A stretch of 64,000 bases of DNA from Camelus dromedarius (taxonomy: Eukaryota): positions 7,812,001 to 7,876,000 of the forward strand of contig NC_087437.1 in assembly GCF_036321535.1 (NCBI RefSeq), written 5' to 3'. The position numbers and the translations under genes were made by a program. This document shows positions 13,987-24,715 of the stretch, piece after piece; the first letter of the stretch is position 1; the number at the start of each line of letters is the position of its first letter. The notes under the pieces were generated by a model. It made no database searches. It had not been told where the DNA came from and worked only from the letters and a program-made list of their open reading frames with translations.

Positions 13987-15079
13987 TTTTTTAATTTTTT
14001 TATTGATTTATAATCATTTTACAATGTTGTGTCAAATTCCAGTGTAGAGCACAATTTTTCAGTTATACATGAACATATATATATTCATTGTCACATTTTT
14101 TTCTCTATGAGCTACCATAAGATCTTGTGTATATTTCCCTGTGCTATATAGTATAATCTTGTTTATCTATTCTACAATTTTAAAATCCCATCTATCCCTT
14201 CCCACCCTCTGCCCCCTTGGCAACCACAAGTTTGTATTCTATGTCTATGAGTCTATTTCTGTTTTGTATTTATGCTTTTTTTTTGTTTTTGTTTTTGTTT
14301 TTTTTTAGAGTCCACATATGAGCAATCTCATATGGTATTTTTCTTTCTCTTTCTGGCTTACTTCACTTAGAATGACATTCTCCAGGAGCATCCATGTTGC
14401 TGCAAATGGCATTATGTTGTCATTGGCGTTATGTTTATGGCCGAATAGTATTCCGTTGTATAAATATACCACTTCTTCTTTATCCAGTCATCCGTTGATG
14501 GACATTTAGGCTGTTTCCATGTTTTGGCTATTGTAAATAGTGCTGCTATGAACATTGGGGTGCAGGTGTCATCCTGAAGTAGGGTTCCTTCTGGATATAA
14601 GCCCAGGAGCAGGATTCCTGGATCATACGGTAAGTCTATTCCTAGTCTTTTGAGGAATCTCCATACTGTTTTCCACAGTGGCTGCACCAAACTGCATTCC
14701 CACCAGCAGTGTAGGGGGGTTCCCTTTTCTCCACAGCCTCTCCAGCATTTGTCATTTGTGGATTTTTGAATGATGGCCATTCTGACTGGTGTGAGGTGAT
14801 ACCTCATTGTAGTTTTGATCTGCATTTCTCTGATAATTAGTGATATTGAGCATTTCTTCATGTGCCTATTGATCATTTGTATGTCTTCCTTGGAGAATTG
14901 CGTGTTCAGGTCTTTTGCCCATCTTTGGATTGGGTTGTTTGGTTGTTTCTTATTAAGTCGTATGAGCTGCTTATATATTCTGGAGATCAAGCCTTTGTCG
15001 GTTCCATTTGCAAAGATTTTCTCCCATTCCGTAGGTTGTCTTTTTGTTTTACTTATGGTTTCCTCTGCTATGCAGAAGC
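13987..15079 (-). mobile_element. Young 5'-truncated LINE-1 with perfect 16-bp TSD
   Basis: TSD aagagctcacagtatt at 13971-13986 and 15080-15095, poly-T at the left end. ORF 14412..15110(-) is an uninterrupted ORF2 C-terminus with the Cys-rich motif [18 protein letters not shown]. Confidence 0.96.
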
Positions 15080-15141
15080 AAGAGCTCACAGTATTGAACA
15101 GTTTGTTCATTTAATTCTCATAACACTATGAAATAGAGGTT

Positions 15142-15373
15142 TTTTATTGAACTGTAGTTGATTTGCAATGTTAATTTCTGATATACAACATAGTGATTCA
15201 GTTTTTTATATATATATATTCCCATATTCTTTTTCATTTTAGGCTATTACAAGATATTGAATATAGTTTCCTGTAGTCTATAGTAGGACCTTGTTGTTTG
15301 TCTATTATATATATAGTGGTTTGTATCTGCAAGTCTTGAACTCCCAATTTATCCCTCCAAAAAAAAAAAAAAA
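15142..15373 (-). mobile_element. Short L1 3'UTR insertion with an opposite-strand poly(A)
   Basis: Antisense L1 3' end (ttttattgaactgtagttgatttgcaatg...) followed by an A15 run. Flanked by gaaataga(g/a)gtt at 15130-15141 and 15374-15385. Confidence 0.8.
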
Positions 15374-15849
15374 GAAATAGAAGTTATTAACCCCCCAATT
15401 TAGATGTAAGGCAACAGAGGTTTCGTGAGATTAAATGCTAGGATTCATTAAGACCCAGCAAACTTTTTGTAAAATACCCATTTCATTATATATGGTAAAT
15501 TGATTTTATTCACTTAATTTCTGTAAATATACACAAATAATTAATTTTAAAACTTTTTCAAATATGTGTTACCATGAACTCAACTCTAAGGCATCTTATT
15601 AGGAATCCCCACACAAGGCTGATGAAATTGCTAATGACTTAAGATGCAATATTTACTACAAGAGCAGGCAGGAGCAGTGTTAAACATTGCAGGTGTGTGC
15701 CAAAACCCCAGGTAATGATCTCGGGCAGAGGCACTCACAGGCTGAATGAGGAGGGGGGATGTAGGGGAAGCCTCCACCTGAGCACCTGTAGTTAAAGAGT
15801 GTGTAAACCACTGATTTATGGGAAGAGTATTTGAAACTATCAAAAAGAG

Positions 15850-18110
15850 ATTGAGCAAAAATAATGAAAACAAATTCATACCTAGACAAATCTGTGTGAG
15901 CTTTGAGAATACCCAAAACAAAGAAATAACCTTAAAAAGCTTCAAACAACTATTAGAATTAATAAATAAATTTAGTAAAGCTGAAGGATAGAAGGTCAAT
16001 ATGCAAAAATAATTGTATTTCTGTATACTAGTAACAATTAGACAATGAAATAAAAGAAGGTTATAAAAACATCAAATACATAGAAATAAATGTTTAAAAA
16101 TGTGCAGTACTTATTACACAGAATACTACAAAACATTAGAAAATTTACAAATGGTTTAAAATAATGAAAAGATATACAATGGTGATGGTGTTAAGTAAGA
16201 CTCAATATTGTAAATATTCCAGTTTTATTCAAAGTAACCTAAGGAGTCAATGCAATTTCAATTAAAGAAAAAAGCCAAGATGTGTGTTTGTGTATATGTA
16301 TGTGCCTGTTTGAAAATTGACAAGCTGTTCTAAAAATTATAGGAACTGCAAAACTAAAACTGGTACAAAGCAATTATAAAGAGGAACAAAACTGGAAGAT
16401 TTATGCTGCAGATATCCTGATGTGTAATAAAGTTACAGTAATTAGGAAAGTGTGGTGCTGGCTCAGGAATAGATAAATAAGCCAATAGAATAGAAGAGAG
16501 TGCCAAAACCTGCCCATCTACATTTGGTCACTGTATTTATGACGCTGGTGGCACCGTAGTGCAAGCGGGGAATAACAATACTTCCAATAAATGTTGTTGG
16601 GTCACATAGATATCTACACGTTGAAAAACAACCTTGACCCCTCTTAAAACTGTAAGTTGAAACTAATTCCAGATGGATTTTGATCTAACTGTGAAAGGGA
16701 AAACAATAAATCTTCAGAAAGGTAATATAAGAGAGTATTTTCTTGACCTCGGATTTGGCAAAGGTTTCTTAAACATGACACAAAAAGCTCTATCCATAAG
16801 GAAAGACTGATAAAGTGAACTGCAGAACTTCTAATTATCAAAGGGCATTATTAAACATGTGAAGAGGCAAGCCACAGATAGAAGATGTTTGATACATTTG
16901 TCTGACGAAAGCCTTTTCTCTATTCTATGTAAAGAACTCTTACAAATAAATAAAAGCAAGACAACTAAAAAAATCCATAAAAAACTTTAAAAAAGCACTT
17001 CAAAAATAGATCTCCATACCTGAATAGACAATAAGTATATAAAAAAGTGCTGAACGTCATTCATCTAGGATATGCAAATTAAGATCAAAATTAGATAGCA
17101 TTTGCATTTACCAGAATGGTATACTTAAAAACACTGACAACCCTAAGTGTTTGAGAGGATGTAGAACATCTTGACTTCTCCTGTATGGTTGATGTGAATG
17201 TCAGTTGGTACAAGAGTTTGTCAGTATTTACCAAATCTGAACTTATCTGTACCCTGACTCAACAATTCCATTTTTGAGTGTACTACCCGATAAAAAAAGG
17301 CATGCACATACACATCAAAAGACATACACGTAGGAGCATTACTGTAAAAACTTCAAACTGCAAATGCCCATTAATAGGAGCATAAATAAGTAAATTGTGA
17401 AATAATTATTCAATAGAGTACAATAATGAGAATGAATGAACTGTTACGTCATGTGACCACATGGTTAAGTCTTACCAACTCAATGGTGGGCAGAGAGGAC
17501 AGACACAAATAAGTACATTATTGTATGATTTTGTTTAAAGGAAGTTCAAAAGTAGGCAAAGCTTATTGACTGCAGTATAATTCATAACTGTGGTTACCTT
17601 TGGTGAAGGTGCTGGTTAGTGTCTGTGAGGGGGACACCAAGGAGGCCCTGGGGTGCTGATCCTGTTTATTTATCTGGGGGTGATTCCATAGGCCTATCCG
17701 CTGTGAGAAATTTCAATGAACTATACATTTAACATTTGTGTCATTTCTCTCAATGTGTGCCTTTGGTATTAATTTTAGCTTGCAAAATTAAAATTGATGA
17801 GCTAAAAATAATACTGTAACTATCAATGGGATGGTTAGTGGAATGAGAAAGTGGGCAGCAGTGAGTTGAGTTTCTCACCTTTCATGCCAAGTTGTTTTTT
17901 AGGTTTTGTCTTAATCTGATAAGTCAAGCAACAGAAGTGAAATTATATGATCAAAAATATTGGTGATGATCACAAAAAGATGTAAAGGAAATAATTCTGA
18001 AAGGTTGCCTTTGGAGAGTGGGATGGGAATGACGGGACAGGTTTGATGGGACTGAACTGTTCATCAAAAATTTTCTGAGCTACTTACTTATGATTATAAA
18101 ACTTTTTTAA
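15850..18110 (+). mobile_element. Old, highly diverged L1 (L1MC/ME-type), ORF2 3' half plus 3'UTR, sense strand
   Basis: A-rich sequence with L1 ORF2 hallmarks such as 'aactattagaattaataaataaatttagtaaag...gaaggtcaatatgcaaaaat' and 'atgcaaattaagatcaaaattagatagc'; no long ORF remains. Confidence 0.8.
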
Positions 18111-18134
18111 AGAAAGCGTCAAACTGCCAGAGGT

Positions 18135-18275
18135 TCATTTCAGTTCCATAAATATTTATGGTGCACTAAAATTATGCCAGGCACTGTGCTAGGTGCTGGG
18201 GAAACAAAGGGACTCAGATATGATGTTTCCTTCGTGGAGATCACAGTTTAGCCGTGGAAATAGGTACTTAGGCAG
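18135..18275 (-). mobile_element. L2 3'-end remnant
   Basis: 'aaatatttatggtgcact...atgccaggcactgtgctaggtgctgggga'. Confidence 0.65.
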
Positions 18276-18675
18276 GTGATGTCCCTTCTTTTCCCATTTC
18301 AACTTCTATGATAATGCACACTTTGAAAAGACTGGAAAAGCCACATAAAAAAATAAAATTACGTATAATTCCGTCACCAAAAGATAGTCTTTTCAGTCTT
18401 TTTATACATGAGGACTCATCACTGAGGACATGTCCAGTTTAAATGAGGCATGGCTGTCATGGAAGAGATAGAGTGAAATTCTCAACACCCAAGGCTTCCC
18501 TTGGGTCCTTTTAATCCTATATACACTATCCTGACATGATTTTATTGGACCCATATGGGCTACGGTGCTCACAAATTCACTGTTTTTAAGATGTCTCTAC
18601 ACCACCATTTCAATTCATCATTTAGGAAATTGTTCTCACTCTCTGTTTTCTCTGCCACCCACAACCCAGTGTATT

Positions 18676-19283
18676 TGTAGCAAGGACTGGAAAATTCCAG
18701 GGCAATAAGTAGGTGAGAGAGAGGAACAGGGCAGCTGGGATTACCCAAAGCCGGAGCTCTGGTCTATTTACAGCAGGAGAGCACGGTCCCTCTGCAGCTT
18801 CTGAAGGCGCTGCGAAGTAGTCAGCTAAAGAAATCAGGAATGATGTTACACCTCAGGACAGCAAGGCTGCCCAAAATCCAGAGTGGTGGGAGGGAGGGAG
18901 AGCGGGGCAGGGAAGCAGGAGGGAAAAGGGGGAAGGAGAAGGGAAAGACAAGGCAAAAAGAGAAAACCAGGCAGCCTCCAAGAGTGCACTTTCATTTGAG
19001 GTCTGTTTACTTTCCTCCCGGATCCTGATTGTTGGGTTTCCTCCAAAGACCTGATACTAAGATGGTGTTCTACAAAACGCATTCTCTACAAGACTCCTCC
19101 AGAAAGAAAAAGAGCCTCCCACACACTCGGTGGCAGGCCTAGTGTGCTACTTGAGGAATTATATATATCAAATTTGCAAGGAATAAAAGGAAAAGTGAAT
19201 GATAACTTCCAGACTGACCTGGATATAAAAGTTCTTGAGTCAAACTTCCGTAGCAGATGGAATGATTTGGCCTGACAGTTACA
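18676..19283 (+). mobile_element. Possible ancient solo LTR
   Basis: Begins tgtagc and ends gttaca (TG...CA), about 600 bp, with AATAAA at 19182 roughly 100 nt before the end. Family not identified. Confidence 0.4.
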
Positions 19284-20084
19284 CACACTCTTTGCCAGTG
19301 TGAAAGTGATAACCAGTGACAGAGAGGCAATGATAACTTTGGAAACCGAAAAACTAGGAGACTAGGGTTTTAGTTTTTAACTACTTAAATTGAAAGTGAT
19401 TTCCTATGCTGAAAATTTGAGATTTTGAGATTATGGTGCCTCAGACATAGACTAGTGCTTTCCCACAACACTTACGAATGCTGCCATTAATGCAGCAGTT
19501 CATTTTATTGATCATGTACAATTAGGATGCTAAATGGTCTGAACATACCACTTCTCCTACCTGAAGTGCTTTACACACATTATAATTAAACAAAGCAAAG
19601 TTAAAATCATACACATAATTAAGGAAAGCCGTGTTAAAATAAATGAAATAAAATTGTTCTCGGTACTCAGTTTAATCTCCATTAAAGACTGTTACTACAT
19701 ACTCTTCCAGGTGGTAGGGCTTCTGAACACGAAGCACATAAGCATATTAATGGAGCCTGAAATCGGTGTTTAATTCCTTTCACTTGGAACAGAATCAGTT
19801 CTTTTCTTTGCTGAGTGTTCATCATAAGTAGAAATCTCCTTCCAAGTAAAATATTTAAACAACAGAACCATTGTGCTTCTAACACCATACAGAATAATGA
19901 GCCTCTCTTTAGAATCTACTAACCGTGCAACATGAAGTTGTTTAGCAATGTATGTTTTTCCTAGGATATTTTTAACTCTTTGGAAGACATTTCATTTTTG
20001 ACCATTTAAGAAGAATATGTGCATGCATGTAGCAGGCATTTATTGAATATTTCTTGAATTTCTTTCATCAAGAAGTTATTTCCA

Positions 20085-20264
20085 TTTCTTATAGTAAGGT
20101 ATAATGGAAAAGAATCTGAAAATATATGTGGATCTGAATCTCTTGGCTGCACACCTGAAACTAACACTGTAAATCAACTACACGTCAATAAAGAAATAAA
20201 AAATAAAACACTATCACTACAGTCACTCAGCTATTATAGGTAAAAATCGTGCAATTAAATAAAA
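20085..20264 (+). mobile_element. Very short L1 3'-end insertion with extra 3' sequence
   Basis: L1 terminus 'cacacctgaaactaacactgtaaatcaactacacgtcaataaa'. TSD aag(a/c)agttatttcca at 20070-20084 and 20265-20279. Confidence 0.8.
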
Positions 20265-21422
20265 AAGCAGTTATTTCCACAAAGAATTACTCTTAGTTAT
20301 TTAAGAGGTTGCTGGAAAACCTTAAATCTGGGTTTTACCCCCAAATTTTACACCTTGGAGCATCCTGAAAATTTATAACACTTTTTACTTTCATGGGAAA
20401 AACTAACATATTATATATGTTATATATATAATATGAACTCTTTAAATCCTGAAATAACCCTTTGAGTAAAGTACTATTGTGTCCATTTGCATACAAGGAA
20501 ATTGATAATTCCTTGCAAGAGAATTATTTATCTTGCCTGGCTTACAACAATTAGGAAGGGGTAAAGCCAAGATTTAAATCCAGTGATGTCCGATTCTGAA
20601 GTCCATGTTTCCCCTGCAACATTATATTGCCTCCTGGATATAGACCCTAAGTTTAACCCTATTCTGTTCACCTAGCCAAAATATTGAGACCTTCCTTGTT
20701 AATATGGGATGACTTTATTGGCATAGTGACCGTATTTCCATAGAGAAAGGATGATGTATAACCTGATAAAGAATTTTAATCCCAGTGTTAGATTAGGTTG
20801 AGATTAGTATAACAAAGATTACTAATTTCTAGTAAATGTTGGGAAAAAAGAATTCGAATTGGAGCTATTTTGAAATATTCAGGATGTAATAAACTGACAC
20901 ATCTGCACTAATTTATCTGATGCTAAGAAGCTTTTAACATAGTTCTTTGGACATTGAGGTTTTGATACAGGGAACTTCAGATAGATCTTAATAGACAAAC
21001 TACTAAATTTTTAGTCTTTTTTTTTTTTTAACCAAAAACTGCAGAAACCAGTGATTTCACCCAACCCCCGTGCTCCCGACCTCCTTGTCAATCCCATCCC
21101 AAGATGGGAATCAGGGCTGAAATCTGAACATCACAGAGAGTTGGTCTGCCTGTCCATGTGGGCACACTTGGCTCTCCCTCCCAGTCTCACAGACCCAGGT
21201 GGGTCCAAGCCCTTCTCGCGCTACCTGCTGGCGTCCTCCAGGCCATCCCTGTCCCGTTTGACTAAAGACTACTGTTCAGTGCACAATCCTCACGTCTTTT
21301 CTGACTTCAGATCCCTAGCCAGCGTGCTCTGCCAATTTAGGATATGCAGACTGTACATTTATACTCAAGGAGGGAGCGCCTCCATCCTGGTTCTCTCCCA
21401 TTGTGTGCTGTGTTTTCTCTAG

Positions 21423-21622
21423 CCTTGATGCACGCCCTGGTGTTTGGGAACGTGACGGCGATCATACAGAGGATGTATTCCAGATGGTCCCTGTATCACA
21501 CTAGAACGAAGGACCTGAAGGACTTCATACGCGTCCACCACCTGCCCCAGCAGCTCAAGCAGAGGATGCTTGAATATTTCCAGACAACCTGGTCAGTCAA
21601 CAATGGAATAGATTCAAATGAG
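21423..21622 (+). CDS. KCNH8: KCNH8 coding exon (200 nt): end of S6 and C-linker
   Basis: Acceptor gttttctctag| and donor GAG|gtaatg, phase 1 to phase 0. Translates (A)[66 protein letters not shown], in frame with the previous exon. Confidence 0.96.
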
Positions 21623-22462
21623 GTAATGTTCATTTCTCACGTTGACATTTTCAGGCAGAAAGCACATATTCTAAGGTAAAAGTAAGGTGCTGTAATGCAG
21701 GTCTCGAAAGTGAAGTACACCTACACCAACCAACTTCTTTATTTCATTGTTTTTAATCCCTCATGACCCCAATACATCTTTCATATCCTCTGGCTTACGT
21801 GTTCATGGTGCTACTTTTGATTGGCTCGTGTTTTACATTAACTTGGTACTCTGGTCAGTTAGGCAGACTTATTTTCATTCTCATTGACCTTTGAGGGAAC
21901 CAATTCTTATGACAGTTGAATGGTGTAATCATGGAATATTAGATTAATCAAGTTAATGTCTGCCTTTAAAACCAACAAAACGTATATATGTTTCTCAGCA
22001 CATGTGTTATCTTTGGACTTCCAGAAACACTCCATATCATCACTGTAGAAAAGGTGTCCTATAACCATTCCACCAACTCCCAGTGAAACCAGTAATCAAT
22101 ATTTTTAAAGTGATTATTTGTTTTTTCCTCTCTTCAGATGATCATGACACCAGAGGAAACACTAGAGGGTCCAATTTCCGTATCTTCTGTCTTTGTGAGA
22201 AGCAAGTCACAAGGAATGATATGTTTCATTCTAGAGTCTTTTATTAATTTATTCTATTTCTCCAGACTTATTAACAGCTGGTTATCCAATAGCTCACAAC
22301 TGGGATCACAGTCACTGAAAAATCTCTCCAGGATTATTCATACATATATTAGCACATCTGGACTCTGGTTGGTCCCACAGTGGGGAAGAGCCCCTGTTGT
22401 CTTACAGTAAATCAGTCACACAGGACTCACTCCAACTTGGTTCCCTCTTTTATCTTCTTTGA

Positions 22463-22759
<297 letters not shown>

Positions 22760-22860
22760 TAAGGAGTTAAAATGGGGGAAAAATGCAATTGAGAGAAGGA
22801 AACTTATGCATGAATATGTGGACTCAGGATTCTTATTCATATGGGTTTGTTTTGCCAATT

Positions 22861-22985
22861 TTTTTAATTTGAGGGGAGGTAATTAGGTTTTTAAAAATTT
22901 TATTTTTATTTTAATGGAGGTACTGGGGATTGAACGCAGGACATCATGCCTGCTAAACGTGTCTACCACTGAGCTATGCCCTGCC
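22861..22985 (-). mobile_element. Vic-1-like SINE, antisense
   Basis: Reverse complement reads gggcatagctcagtggtag...gttcaatccccagtacctccatt-(A-rich)-cctaattacctcccctc. Confidence 0.85.
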
Positions 22986-23009
22986 ATTATTATTATTTTT
23001 TAATTCTTA

Positions 23010-23217
23010 CTTTTTATTGACGAGTAGCCAATTTACAATGTTAGTTTCAGGTGTACAGCAAAGAGATTCAGTTATACATTTGCATATACGTATTTTGTTT
23101 CTTTTCCATTATGGTTCATTACAAGAAATTGAATATAGTTTCCTGTGCTATACAGCAGGTCCTTGTTGTTTATCTGTTTTATATATAGTAATATATATGT
23201 ATCTATTAATCCCAAAA
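23010..23217 (-). mobile_element. L1 3'UTR fragment
   Basis: 'ttttattgacgagtagccaatttacaatgttagtttcaggtgtacagcaaag...'; same family as the copies at 15142, 24497 and 47219. Confidence 0.85.
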
Positions 23218-24496
23218 CTATCATCATTATTAATTGTTATGCTATGTTTTGAGTTTACACTGTGCTGTTAAAAAGCCAGCAGTATAAATATTACCACCAT
23301 TTTACAAGTGAATAAATAGTATCTTAGTTAACTCACTTTGTCCCAAATAATAAAGCAAGAGCATGAACACAGTTCTTTCTGATTCCTGAGGCAGATTATG
23401 AATTAAGATGTAGACAGCCTTTGGGTGAAGCAGCTGATCTGTTTTCAGAGGGCATTTCTGCATTTTTGTGGAGAATCAATTTGGAGAAGAACATTGAAAA
23501 TTAAGTTTTACCTGTGCTAGAAATGGCACAAGAAATGATTACATATTAAGAATAAGCTCTCATAGCATTCATTAACCCAATACTGTCAAAGAGACTACAG
23601 GTTTGTTTTGTTTTGTTTTGTTTTGTTTTTGCTTCCTCAAAGAAAACTCATAGGACAATTTGTGAAGATTTTGTACCACAAAATTGACTCCAGCTATGAA
23701 GACACAGTTGGTGTTCACCGAAATGTACAAAGTCAGCTGACAAAAGATGACACGCAGGGTTAATGCAGAAAAATTCCCATCTATAATTAAGTGAACTTCT
23801 TTTAAAAATCACTTTCATTTGTCTGTTTATTTATTTATTTGACTAATATTTTTGAGGGCCTATGAATGAATCAGGTACTGGTCTAAGCAGCAGATTTTGA
23901 ACACCAGTGTAGTACACCAGTGTTTAGAATTTGTGTTAATAAAAATGGGCTAATACAGCACTTTTCATTTGTTTTTAATTTTCATATTTAAGAACAACTT
24001 AACCCTTTACAAAATATTTTCACATGTGGGATCTTATTTAAGTTTTTTAGCACAAAGAGACAGGTAAGAGACATATTTTCTTATTTTTCCAAAGTCAAAG
24101 CTAATCGAGGTCTTCAGACTTTGTATCCAGTGCTTTTTCAACCTCTAAAATAAGCCTGAAATCACTAGATTTTAGCTAGTAAGCCTCGAGACAAGTCATA
24201 TTTTGGAAAAGAGAAGAGAATTAATATTTACTGACTCCCTAATAGGGGCCGGGTGTTTTATGTCCATTATCCAATTCAAACCCTATTAGGTTTTGTCATT
24301 ATCCCCAACTAGAGGTGAAGAGATGAGGGCCAGCGAGGGGTGGAATACCAGTGTGCTTTTCATTGCTTCCCATCAACTTCAGCTGACTGCTTGCCAGAGG
24401 AAGGGTCGGGCTTGCCTTCCAAAGCTTGGGCTCAATTCTTGATTCACCCCCTTATGTTTTTTTACTTAATAGAAAGGCATGGAATAGCAACAAATG

Positions 24497-24715
24497 AGGA
24501 ATTTGGGATTAGCAGATACAAACTTGTATACACAAAAGAAATAAACAACAAGGTCCTACTGTATAGCGCAGGGAACTATATTCAGTATCTTGTGATAACT
24601 TACAAGAAAAAGAGTATGAAAAAGAATATATATATATATATATATACTGAACCACTGTCATACACCAGAAACTAACGCAACATCGTAAATCAACTATACT
24701 TCAATTAAAAAAAAA
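24497..24715 (+). mobile_element. L1 3'UTR fragment with internal (TA)n
   Basis: 'tttgggattagcagatacaaac...gtaaatcaactatacttcaattaaaaaaaaa'; reverse-complement homologue of 23010-23217. Confidence 0.85.

Noticed and set aside
14412..15110. 232-aa ORF as an independent gene
   Set aside because: It is the ORF2 C-terminus of a 5'-truncated L1. Its start codon lies outside the TSD in flanking DNA.
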